64,000 nucleotides of DNA, taken from contig OY760937.1 in NCBI GenBank assembly GCA_963664225.1, positions 2,432,001 to 2,496,000 on the forward strand, written 5' to 3'. This DNA is from Verrucomicrobiia bacterium (GTDB lineage Bacteria > Verrucomicrobiota > Verrucomicrobiia > Limisphaerales > UBA1319). Each line of letters starts with the position of its first letter. The first letter of the stretch is position 1. This document shows positions 29,366-38,682 of this stretch, in pieces. Made by a program: the position numbers and the translations under genes. The notes below the pieces were generated by a model. It made no database searches. It saw nothing but the letters and a program-made list of their open reading frames with translations, and was not told where the DNA came from.

Positions 29366-30469
29366 ATGGAAACCTTTCAAAAACCGATCGATATTTTCAG
29401 GACGATTGTGGAGCGCATCGACCGCCGCGAAGCCTTTGCGGTCGCCGTTGTATTGGATACCCGGGGGTCCACGCCGCGGGAAACCGGCGCCCGGGCGCTC
29501 ATCGAACCCAACGGAAATATTACCGGAACCATTGGCGGCGGCGCGATGGAGGGAGAAGCCCGGCGGCGGGGTGCGGAAGCCATCGCCTCAGGGCGCGCGG
29601 TGGTTTTCGAGTGCCGATTTGAAGGGGTGGGATTGAAGGAAGCGATTCCCATCTGCGGTGGAACCATGAGGGTGCTCCTGGATCCTTCGCCGGATGCAAG
29701 CCGGGAAATTTATGCACGCGCCAGGGATCTGGCCCAAGCAGGCCAGAGCGGCATTTTAATCACCACCGTGACCACGGAGATCCCGGAAACGACGCCAAAA
29801 GTGGAGGTTCGGTGGATCGACAGGGGTGAAGTGGCGAAGGCAACGATCCCACCCGGAGCGGAGGTGCTGCAAAGGGTACTCGAGGAGGAAACGCCGTTTC
29901 ATCTGCTGAAACCCGGCGAGGCTGGGGCGCCAACGGTCGAGATTCTGGCGGAACCGGTCCTTGCCCAGCCCGTATTACTGATTGCGGGCGGCGGGCATGT
30001 GGGCTGCGCGCTGGCGTGGCAGGCCGCCATGATCGGCTATGACGTCACCGTCGTCGATGACCGGCCCGAATATACCGACGCCGCGCGTTATCCAGACGGT
30101 GTAAAAACGGTGTGCGGGGACATTCCGGGCATACTGGCCGCGTTTCCAAGCGGCCCGGAAACCAGCATTGTGCTGGTGACACGCGGGCATTTGTGCGACG
30201 ACGCCGCCCTGGAGGTCTGCATTCGCAAACCTGCGGCTTACCTGGGAATGATCGGCAGCCGGAGGAAAACCGCGCTGATGCGCCGCGAATTCCTCCAGTC
30301 AGGCCGCGCCACGGAGGAGGAATGGAACCGCATTTACGCTCCCATTGGCCTGGACATTGGCGCGCTCAGTGTTCCCGAAATTGCGGTCAGCATTGCGGCC
30401 CAATTGATCGCCGCGCGCCGGATGGGCCATTCGGCGGGCATGCCAACCCAGGAAACTCAAAATGATTAG
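29366..30469 (+). CDS. xdhC: XdhC/CoxI-family molybdoenzyme maturation factor
   Basis: GSTPRETGA, GTIGGG, ICGG, IAGGGHVG, VTRGH, YLGMIGSRRK and APIGLDIG. Confidence 0.92.
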   Translation: METFQKPIDIFRTIVERIDRREAFAVAVVLDTRGSTPRETGARALIEPNGNITGTIGGGAMEGEARRRGAEAIASGRAVVFECRFEGVGLKEAIPICGGTMRVLLDPSPDASREIYARARDLAQAGQSGILITTVTTEIPETTPKVEVRWIDRGEVAKATIPPGAEVLQRVLEEETPFHLLKPGEAGAPTVEILAEPVLAQPVLLIAGGGHVGCALAWQAAMIGYDVTVVDDRPEYTDAARYPDGVKTVCGDIPGILAAFPSGPETSIVLVTRGHLCDDAALEVCIRKPAAYLGMIGSRRKTALMRREFLQSGRATEEEWNRIYAPIGLDIGALSVPEIAVSIAAQLIAARRMGHSAGMPTQETQND

Positions 30470-31055
30470 CGCCATCGTTCTTGCAGCCGGTCAATCCCTG
30501 CGCATGGGCACACAGAAGCTCCTGTTGCCCCTGGGAAAAACCACGGTCATCGCCCATATCGTGGACACGCTCCTGGCAGGCGGTTTGTCCCGGGTGATTG
30601 TGGTCACGCGGCCCGGGGAACCGCACATCGCCGAGGCCCTTGTCGGACGCGAAATTCAATTCACGGAGAACCCCGATCCCGAGGGGGACATGCTCAGTTC
30701 GGTGCGCTGCGGATTGCGGGCCCTGACCGGGGACTGCCAGGCGGTGATGCTGGCCTTGGGGGATCAACCGGGCATCACGCCGGAATTGGTCCGCGACCTG
30801 GCCATCGATTACGGGCTCCATCCTGAAGGTATTCTTGTGCCCGTGTTTCAAGGCAAACGCGGACATCCCATGATCTTCTCGGTAAAATACCGGGACGAAA
30901 TTCTCCAGCAGCATGATGGCTCAGGCCTGCGTGGTCTCCTGCTGGCGCATCCGCAGGAATTGCGCGAGTGGACTGCGGATTCAGGGGCGGTGCTCGAAGA
31001 CATGGACGTGCCCGAAGATTATCAGCGGGAACTCGCGCGAAGAAGCAGAACTTGA
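30462..31055 (+). CDS. mocA: Molybdenum cofactor cytidylyltransferase-like NTP transferase
   Basis: AIVLAAGQSLRMGTQKLLLP, LGDQP, GKRGHP and DMDVPEDY; overlaps xdhC. Confidence 0.85.
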   Translation: MISAIVLAAGQSLRMGTQKLLLPLGKTTVIAHIVDTLLAGGLSRVIVVTRPGEPHIAEALVGREIQFTENPDPEGDMLSSVRCGLRALTGDCQAVMLALGDQPGITPELVRDLAIDYGLHPEGILVPVFQGKRGHPMIFSVKYRDEILQQHDGSGLRGLLLAHPQELREWTADSGAVLEDMDVPEDYQRELARRSRT

Positions 31056-31224
31056 CGCCAAAAGCGTGCTACAAAAAAGATGAAATGTCAGTCAGCCAGT
31101 GAAGCGGAACGCCCGGTGAGGGCAGCGGGGCCTCCATGAGAAAAAGAGAAGCGACGAGCCACCGCCAACTTACGAATGCAATTCCAAAGCACTACGGCTG
31201 TGTCCTACGGGCTGCACGCTCCGG

Positions 31225-32256
31225 TTAACCGGCATGGGGCGTCTCCTCAACGAGAACCTTTACGCGGCGTGCCAAGGTCATCCACAATACGGCAAAACCT
31301 CCGAACAAAGTGCCGAAACCGATCGCAATTAGGGGAGGCATCCAGACTGTGACGAACGTCTCTATATTACATTTCTCGGGATTCTCCAGACTGTACAGTA
31401 TGGAGACCTTATCTCCGGGATTAAACTTGAAGTATCCCGAACCAATCTCGGAGCGCCGCGTAAATGTGGAGCCATTTGTGTCGGTAAAAGAGAATACCGG
31501 GTAATACGATGTTCCGCCCTCCGAATCAGTGCTTACGTCGAGTTGCACGATAATGCCGGCCGCTCTTGCAGCATGGCTGACAAACCAGCAGGTGTGAAGG
31601 AGCCACACCGCACCAACGACCGCGATCAACGTCCCGATCAAGACAAACGCCCGTCCCATTAGGAACACGCTTTGCGAAGGCGTTTTTGGCCGGTTTGGGA
31701 GTGTCGGGCTGCCGCTTACCGAAACAGACTCTTGGGTGGCGACGGATTGCCTCTGTAATCTCGCATGGCGGCGATTGGCGTAGCGAACGGTCAGGTATAG
31801 GGCCAAGGCGAGTGGCACCGGAACGAGCACGCGTTGTCCCAGAGAACGTTGGCGTCTGGCCTCTTCCTGCCAAAAATTGGGAGTCGCCTCGATTACTCTC
31901 AAGGTCTCGTCCTGAACAATCATCTCGGTCGCATCGGGATTATAAAAGACATCGATTTTCGTCCCCTTGGGGAATCGGGCAAGCACTTCCTCCTGATTGC
32001 GAGGCCGCTGTCCTTTGCTCACACGGGGTATGAATCTCTCCTCGTGAGATGCGATGGTCCCTGTGAGCCACCAGGAATCGTCGCCCTCATCACCGCGATG
32101 GTATTCCGCCCCGGTGACAAGATAAGTACCGGGTCTGTATTTTTCGCGGCCCTGATGGATGGTGACGCGATTGACGAAGGGCAAGGTCCACAGCCACGAG
32201 AAGCCGAACGCGGCGAACACCGCCACACCACAGAGGAATTGGATGCTTTTGCGCAT
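31225..32256 (-). CDS. Membrane protein with DUF3592-like domain(s)
   Basis: Two TM-flanked modules, with IDVFYNPD and YYPVFSFTD...GDKVSILYSLENPE. Confidence 0.7.
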   Translation of the reverse strand: MRKSIQFLCGVAVFAAFGFSWLWTLPFVNRVTIHQGREKYRPGTYLVTGAEYHRGDEGDDSWWLTGTIASHEERFIPRVSKGQRPRNQEEVLARFPKGTKIDVFYNPDATEMIVQDETLRVIEATPNFWQEEARRQRSLGQRVLVPVPLALALYLTVRYANRRHARLQRQSVATQESVSVSGSPTLPNRPKTPSQSVFLMGRAFVLIGTLIAVVGAVWLLHTCWFVSHAARAAGIIVQLDVSTDSEGGTSYYPVFSFTDTNGSTFTRRSEIGSGYFKFNPGDKVSILYSLENPEKCNIETFVTVWMPPLIAIGFGTLFGGFAVLWMTLARRVKVLVEETPHAG

Positions 32257-32373
32257 GGGGTGTGAAAACGTTAATGAAAAAGATCGGCGGGGGTGGGCCA
32301 GGCGAGTTCAGAATTTAAATAAAACGTGAATGCGACGGCCGATGCTGAGACAGAGTTGAACGAAAAATGCAAA

Positions 32374-32652
32374 TCAATGCGTTGAAAGCGCGTGTAAAAC
32401 ATAAATAACGAAAGCCCATCGACTAGGGCGAAACCGATGCTCGGTACCACGGGGTGTCCGGAGACAGAGGCCGAAGGTGAACAACATGAGTAGAAAACCG
32501 AAACCTCCTGTCAATACGCTGATTTCACAAGGTGAGTTGCAGTAGTGAACAGGGATGAGACAGGCACTGATAACACACAAGCCATAGGACATCCGGCGGG
32601 GTGAGAACCGCCCTTGCAAGAACCATTTATTTTCAGGAGATTCCATGATCAT
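32374..32652 (-). CDS. Small hypothetical membrane protein
   Basis: 92 aa with 2-3 hydrophobic segments; fills the gap between co-oriented genes. Confidence 0.4.
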   Translation of the reverse strand: MIMESPENKWFLQGRFSPRRMSYGLCVISACLIPVHYCNSPCEISVLTGGFGFLLMLFTFGLCLRTPRGTEHRFRPSRWAFVIYVLHALSTH

Positions 32653-32724
32653 TGCGTCTCGTCCGAGATTTGGTCCACCGGCGTCGGGTATGTTTGCTGC
32701 CCCCTGCCACCCGAACGCGCCCGG

Positions 32725-33897
32725 TCAGGCGACTGGTTTGGGTTTCCGGGCCAAAGCCTGGCGCACTGCCACCATGAGATCTTCATTGGCAAACGGTTTT
32801 GCAAGGAACTGGACCCCTGCATCCTCGGCATCCCTCTCTAGATGTTCATCGGCGGTGTCTCCGCTGGTCATGAGAATCGGGACGCCGGGATTGATCGCAT
32901 GCATTCTTTCCAGGACAGTCCATCCGTTGATGTCCGGCAGGCCCACGTCCATAAACACCAGATCGAAGGCCGGGCTGATTTTTTGGAATTTCTCAAGCGC
33001 CTCGGCGCCATTGGCCGCCTCGGTCACTTTGTAGCCGCGCAAGGTCAAAGCGGTGCGGATCACAGAGCGGACCAGGTGTTCATCGTCCACCACCAGCAAT
33101 TGGGGCTTGTCCCCGAACGCGTCGCCTACTGCCTTCACCGCCACGCCGGTCTTTGGCGAGTCGATGAACGCCGCAGCGGTCGCAAGAGGGAGGCATACAT
33201 GAAAACGCACTCCTTTGGGCTGCATGTTTTCAGCCATCAATCGACCGCCATGTCGGAGGATGATTCGACGGGCCGCAACCAGGCCCATATCCAGTCCCCC
33301 GGAAAATTCGCTGGTGAGCGCATTGCCATTGCAATGAGCCAACTGTTCTCGAGGCAGACCTTCCGGCCGCAAGTCGGTCATTGTGAAACAAGCCATATTC
33401 CCGCCGCAAGAGCACTGGTGTTGCGAGTGTGCAAGGCGCAAAGTAATACCCGCACCCGCGGGCGCGGCATCGCGGGCGTTCAAAGCAAGGAACAACAGAG
33501 CCTGGCTCAGCGCCTCCTCATCCACGAAAGCATGCAATGGAACACCTTCAATCTGCAGATATTGAACCGTACCCACGCCGCCCAGATTTCGGGCCAGGAA
33601 TGACGTGGCCCGGGGAAGAAAATGAACCAAATCCACAGGATTTCCGCCTGGCAGGCATTGACGGACCAGGCCGGCAAACTTGGCTGAAAGCTCCACGCCA
33701 CGCTGGGCGCATTTGAGAATACGCGCAAGCGATTGGGCTGCGGAATCCGGCAATTCCAGGCCGTTGGCCAGCAATTCCGACCGGGTCATCAGCGCGGCAA
33801 AAATATTGTTGAAGTCATGCGCGGCCCGGGCGGCCAGGGCTTCAGCCTCCATGGCAGGCACGCCGGATTGCGGAATTTGTGATGACGATGGAGTCAT
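32725..33897 (-). CDS. Sensor-less hybrid histidine kinase/response regulator with degenerate ATP-binding boxes
   Basis: H-box AHDFNN, N-box LALNARDA, receiver LVVDDE...MDVGLP...TSG...KPF. Confidence 0.85.
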   Translation of the reverse strand: MTPSSSQIPQSGVPAMEAEALAARAAHDFNNIFAALMTRSELLANGLELPDSAAQSLARILKCAQRGVELSAKFAGLVRQCLPGGNPVDLVHFLPRATSFLARNLGGVGTVQYLQIEGVPLHAFVDEEALSQALLFLALNARDAAPAGAGITLRLAHSQHQCSCGGNMACFTMTDLRPEGLPREQLAHCNGNALTSEFSGGLDMGLVAARRIILRHGGRLMAENMQPKGVRFHVCLPLATAAAFIDSPKTGVAVKAVGDAFGDKPQLLVVDDEHLVRSVIRTALTLRGYKVTEAANGAEALEKFQKISPAFDLVFMDVGLPDINGWTVLERMHAINPGVPILMTSGDTADEHLERDAEDAGVQFLAKPFANEDLMVAVRQALARKPKPVA

Positions 33898-33922
33898 GCC
33901 TTAAGCTGCGCCAATCCTCGGT

Positions 33923-34813
33923 TTATTTGCCCGGATTCCCCCCTTTGACCCGCATTTTAATGCTGTATAAACCCTTGCTGGCCGTGATGAAAAGCGTCTG
34001 CCGGTCCGCGCCGCCAAAGCAGGCATTCGCGGTCCACGCCTCGTCCACCGGTATCTGCTCGATCTTCGCGCCTGTGGGATCGAACACCGTCACCCCTTTG
34101 CCTGTGAGATATACATTCCCCACGTTATCGATGGTCATGCCGTCGGAACCCAGCTCGCAAAACAGTTTCTTGTCCGTCAACGTTCCATCCGGCTGGATGC
34201 TGTAGGAATAGGTCTTTTGCGCGCCGATATCCGACACATACAATTTTTTGCCATCGGGCGTTCCTGTGATGCCGTTGGGCTGCTTGAGATCGTCGATCAC
34301 GCGGACGCATTTCTTGCGATCCGCCGGCATATAATAGACGTTCTCGGGCATTTCCCTGGGCCCGCGTTTCCACCAGGGCCGTTTGTAATAGGGATCGGTG
34401 AGGTAGAGGCCGTCATCGGGCCGCACCCAGACATCGTTGGGGCCGTTGAACAACTTTCCTTCGAAATCCTTCAGGAGCACCACCGCCTTGCCGTCGGAGG
34501 TGATGGACCAAAGCTGATTGGTTTCGTCCGAGCAGGAAATCAGGCGGCCCTGATGGTCGAACATCATGCCATTGGCGCGTCCGCATGGCTGCAAGAAAGT
34601 GGAAAGTTTGCCCTCCACGCTCCATTTCATGATGCGGTCGTTGGGCTGGTCGGTGAAATAGACGTTTCCGGCGGCATCGCAGGCGGGGCCTTCGGTAAAG
34701 GCGAAGTCGCCAGACAATTTTTTCAATGAGGCGTTGGGCGCGGTAACGGTGTTTCCAGCCAGCGCCGTCGATGCTGCAAGGGCCAACCCCAGGGATAAGA
34801 ATAGGCTATTCAT
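33923..34813 (-). CDS. SMP-30/gluconolactonase/LRE-family protein
   Basis: Signal peptide from MNSLF; FTEGP, FNGPNDV, PNGI and SDGMTID. Confidence 0.92.
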   Translation of the reverse strand: MNSLFLSLGLALAASTALAGNTVTAPNASLKKLSGDFAFTEGPACDAAGNVYFTDQPNDRIMKWSVEGKLSTFLQPCGRANGMMFDHQGRLISCSDETNQLWSITSDGKAVVLLKDFEGKLFNGPNDVWVRPDDGLYLTDPYYKRPWWKRGPREMPENVYYMPADRKKCVRVIDDLKQPNGITGTPDGKKLYVSDIGAQKTYSYSIQPDGTLTDKKLFCELGSDGMTIDNVGNVYLTGKGVTVFDPTGAKIEQIPVDEAWTANACFGGADRQTLFITASKGLYSIKMRVKGGNPGK

Positions 34814-35207
34814 TGCGTATCCAATCTGCTTATGACGATTGTGCGTTTTAATTCCAACATTCCAGCCATCCTGGAAAGACCAAACGGAGCATTTGCGGAC
34901 ACCACGCCATCCACCCCCCCCCGGCCGCAAATCGCTGCGATGTCTTTCGCTGAATCAGGTGGATATTACGACCGCAATCTCCCTTTGGCACTAAAAAAAC
35001 AGTTTTTTATGCGCCCGCTGTATCCATTTCCCAAAGGCCAAAAGATACATTTAAACCATGATTGCACCCGATGCGCCGAACTTGCCGGAGGTTTGCGTCT
35101 GCGACTCCTGACCGGGACCGGCGGCCTCGATTTTGAAGTTGTGCGGAGACCTCATTTACACTATAAACAGTTTATTCAGTCGGTTCGGCTCAAAGCATTC
35201 ATCGTTT

Positions 35208-35236
35208 TTGTGAATCGTTGGTTCCTTAAATATAAT
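35208..35236 (+). promoter_or_regulatory. sigma70-type promoter giving a near-leaderless transcript
   Basis: TTGTGA-N17-TATAAT ending 8 nt before ATG 35245; no SD. Confidence 0.5.
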
Positions 35237-35244
35237 TTTATCAT

Positions 35245-36087
35245 ATGAGCACATACCATTTGAGTCGTGGTAATCGCGGTGGCTTCACTCTGATCGAGCT
35301 TCTGGTCGTCATCGCCATCATAGCAATACTTGCCGGCATGCTGCTGCCAGCGCTCGGGAAATCCAAGATCAAGGCCCAGGGCATTCAATGCATGAATAAC
35401 CTCAAGCAATTGCAGTTGGTCTTCTTTCTATATTCGGATGACAATGAAGACCGGCTCGCCTCCTCGGGATACACAAATCCGGTGGAATCCACCGCCTGGG
35501 TCGATGGTTGGGAGGACTTCAACGGCAGCAATCCGGACAACACCGATCCCGCTACACTCACCAACCCCAATCGGGCCAAGTTCGCGCGCTATTTGTCCGG
35601 AGTGGGAGTCTATAAGTGCCCGGCGGATCGCAGCACGGTCAACGTCAATGGCCGGCCGGTTCCACGGTTGCGCAGCATGAGCATGGGCCAGCAGTACGCC
35701 GGGCCGGGCCCCTGGCTCGACCCCGCGGGCAGCGAAGTCAACAACACGTCCAAAAAGTATCGCGTGTTTTATAAAAAGTCCTCGATTGATATTCCCTCGC
35801 TGCGATTCGTCTTCATGGATGAGCATCCCGATGGCATCAATGCCGGAGGCTTTGCAAACATGATGGTGGTCGTTCCGGATAACACACGCATCATCGACTA
35901 CCCCGCGAGCTACCACGACGGCGCCTGCGGCATTTCATTTTCCGATGGCCACGCCGAGACCCATAAGTGGCGGGATCCCCGGACCAAACCCGCCCCCAAA
36001 TACAACAATGACATTCAACTCAATGTCGCCTCCCCAAACAACGAGGACATGATCTGGCTGGCCAGACGCACCACCTGCCTCAACTAA
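35245..36087 (+). CDS. Prepilin-type N-terminal cleavage/methylation protein with H-X9-DG domain
   Basis: [38 protein letters not shown] and [13 protein letters not shown]. Confidence 0.93.
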   Translation: MSTYHLSRGNRGGFTLIELLVVIAIIAILAGMLLPALGKSKIKAQGIQCMNNLKQLQLVFFLYSDDNEDRLASSGYTNPVESTAWVDGWEDFNGSNPDNTDPATLTNPNRAKFARYLSGVGVYKCPADRSTVNVNGRPVPRLRSMSMGQQYAGPGPWLDPAGSEVNNTSKKYRVFYKKSSIDIPSLRFVFMDEHPDGINAGGFANMMVVVPDNTRIIDYPASYHDGACGISFSDGHAETHKWRDPRTKPAPKYNNDIQLNVASPNNEDMIWLARRTTCLN

Positions 36088-36653
36088 TGAGCGCTCTGCG
36101 CCCCGTACCCCCCCCCACCGCGGCCTTGCATTGGCCGCGATGCGCGGGGCCTCATCGCATCGCGAAGCAGAACAAAACGATCACGCCCATGAAGGCGTAT
36201 GTATTCCCAGACCGGCGCTCAGAACTTAAAATATCCCCGCCCCGCTCCTGCAAACCGCAAGCAGGATTAAATCCTTAGAACCAGACCTTCCCCCCACCGT
36301 TACCTTCGCTCAAGGCTTCTGCGAGCGTCTGCCCCCATTGGATCCACCGCGCCATTGCCGCGCATCGCTCAAGCGATTCATCATGCCGAAGGATGAGAAA
36401 CCAGAGCTCCATCCGGAGTAATTTTCAGAAAACACCAACAAATATTTGCATTATCGATAATCTGGTATATTAATATTCTTCATAACCTGTAGTAATAATG
36501 TTTAATGGTCGATGGCGTCCCATGCGCCGTTCGCCGCTTGAGACAAAATCATCGAGCAAGCTGGCGGCATGGAAAACACGGCAGCCGCAAGTGGAGCGTT
36601 GTTACCAGGTCGTGTGACCCGAGACCGTTGGATCGCAACCCAAAAAACTGATT

Positions 36654-37811
36654 ATGATTGCAAGTGTGAAAGGCCAAAACCTGCTGGCTCTTTTCAGTCT
36701 GGCCCTGTTACTGGCGGTTCCAGACGCCTCCGCCTTGAGCTCCTATCAAAGCCGTGTTCCCAATGGCACTGTGTCTAGCTGCGACACCTGCCATGATCCA
36801 GTGGCAGGCCCCCCTGTTTTGAACCAATTCGGCGGCGCGTTTCTTACCGCAGGACTCGCATGGACTCCGGCTCTTGCGGCTCTAGACTCGGATGGCGACG
36901 GTTTCACCAACGGCCAGGAACTGGGCGACCCTGCCGGAGCCTGGACCCCCGGAACCGCCAATCCGACGGGCACCATAACCAATCCTGGCGATCCCGCATC
37001 CCATGCGCCAACGACCGCCCCGGCCATCACGACACAACCCGCAAGCCAGACTGTGCTGGCGGGAGCCAATGCCACCTTCACCGTCGTGGCTTCGGGTTCG
37101 CCAGCCCCCACCTATCGTTGGCAGAAAAACACCGTCGATATTCCCGGAGCCACCAGTGACACGCTGACCATAAACGGTGTTGCCACGGGTGATGCGGGCG
37201 CTTATCGGGTCATCGTCAGCAATATTGTCAGTACGGCCACCAGCGATCCTGCAACGCTGACGGTCAATCACGCTCCCGTGGCTCAATCCATCAACGCGGG
37301 GACACGCCAGGGGCAGACCCAGATTTTGAGCGCGGCCAAGTTGATTTCCAGGGCCACGGACGCGGATGGCGACCCGCTGACATTAACGGGCGTCAGCGCC
37401 ACCAGCACCCAGGGTGGCACCGTTTCCTTGAGCGCCGGGGAGATTACCTATTCGCCGGCGAGTCTATTCGTTGGCGACGACACATTCACTTACACGATCA
37501 GCGATGGACGCGGTGGCACCGCCACCGCCACAGTGACCGTGACTGTAACACCCGCCAATGCTGAATCTGTGAATATTGTGTATGGACCTCTGGTTACAGG
37601 AGGGAACTTCGTGGTGCGTTTTGGGGGAATACCCGGCTACACCTACACCATCGAGTCCACCGACAGCCTCGCGCCCGCGACCTGGGTTAAGAAGCAAAAC
37701 TCGATTGCTCCTGTGATTGCGGAGAGTTTTGGGATCGGGGTGTTTGAATTCAGCGAAAGCACCGGCGGCGCGCCAGCCCGTTTTTACCGGGCCGTCTGGC
37801 CGTCGTACTGA
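36654..37811 (+). CDS. Secreted protein: temptin-like CxxCH domain, Ig, cadherin-like/Big_9 and C-terminal RFYR domain
   Basis: Signal peptide; CDTCH; DSDGDGFTNGQELGDP; ITTQP...YRWQK; DADGDPLT...FTYTISDGRGG; ends ARFYRAVWPSY. Confidence 0.8.
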   Translation: MIASVKGQNLLALFSLALLLAVPDASALSSYQSRVPNGTVSSCDTCHDPVAGPPVLNQFGGAFLTAGLAWTPALAALDSDGDGFTNGQELGDPAGAWTPGTANPTGTITNPGDPASHAPTTAPAITTQPASQTVLAGANATFTVVASGSPAPTYRWQKNTVDIPGATSDTLTINGVATGDAGAYRVIVSNIVSTATSDPATLTVNHAPVAQSINAGTRQGQTQILSAAKLISRATDADGDPLTLTGVSATSTQGGTVSLSAGEITYSPASLFVGDDTFTYTISDGRGGTATATVTVTVTPANAESVNIVYGPLVTGGNFVVRFGGIPGYTYTIESTDSLAPATWVKKQNSIAPVIAESFGIGVFEFSESTGGAPARFYRAVWPSY

Positions 37812-37854
37812 TCCTGGAGTCGAAATTATTATCCTGTTTAATTCATTTTCACTT

Positions 37855-38571
37855 ATGAAACCTAAAGCACTAAAACATGTCCTCAAAGGGTTTTCCCTGG
37901 CCATTCTCCTGACGGGTCTCCCCGCCTTTGGCCAGGTCACGCTCAATTCGAGCTGGACCGGCACCCAGACGATTCCCGACAACAATCCTTCAGGCGTGGC
38001 GTTTCAATTCAACCTGGGCGACCCGGCCACCGTGATCCAGAATGTCTCGGTCACGTTGAATCTGACCGGCGGTTATAATGGCGATATTTATGCCTATCTG
38101 TCCCACGGCAGCGGTTTTTCGGTGCTCTTGAACCGGGTGGGTCGCAGCGGTGTCAACGACCCTGGTTATGGCGATTCTGGTTTTGCAGTAACCTTGAGCG
38201 GAAACGCCCTGGGGGACATTCACCAATATCAGAGCCTGAGTCCGACTTTCAACGGGGGTGGTCAGCTCACCGGAGTCTGGGCCGCCGATGGACGAAACCT
38301 GGATCCGGCCTCTGCCGGTTCGGCCTTCGACACCGCCCCTCGCAACTTCACCTTGTCCAACTACAATGGACTTAACCCCAATGGGGCATGGACATTGTTT
38401 CTGGCCGACCGGGCCTTTGGCGAAATCTCAACCTTGAACAGTTATTCGGTGGCCGTAACGGCAGTTCCAGAGCCGGCCGAGACCGGTCTGGTGATGGGCG
38501 CCCTCTTTGGCCTGGCTGCGGTTGTTCTCAAGCGACGCAATAAAACGACAAAACAGGATCTGGTCGTTTAA
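37855..38571 (+). CDS. PEP-CTERM protein with proprotein-convertase P-domain-like fold
   Basis: Signal peptide from MKPKAL; IPDNNPSG, GDIYAYL and NGAWTLFLAD; C-terminal VPEP + TM + KRR. Confidence 0.9.
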   Translation: MKPKALKHVLKGFSLAILLTGLPAFGQVTLNSSWTGTQTIPDNNPSGVAFQFNLGDPATVIQNVSVTLNLTGGYNGDIYAYLSHGSGFSVLLNRVGRSGVNDPGYGDSGFAVTLSGNALGDIHQYQSLSPTFNGGGQLTGVWAADGRNLDPASAGSAFDTAPRNFTLSNYNGLNPNGAWTLFLADRAFGEISTLNSYSVAVTAVPEPAETGLVMGALFGLAAVVLKRRNKTTKQDLVV

Positions 38572-38682
38572 TAAATGACCCGTTGTTTCACCCAATAAGG
38601 GCTGCGGGGTCGGTGCTGGCACACGTTTACCGGAAGGCCTCAACCACTCCGCACTCACCACAATCCAGCCAAACCACGGACC

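Noticed and set aside
34914..36116. Two C9 homopolymer tracts flanking the prepilin gene
   Set aside because: Both are intergenic and outside the predicted promoter; no evidence for phase variation or target-site duplication.
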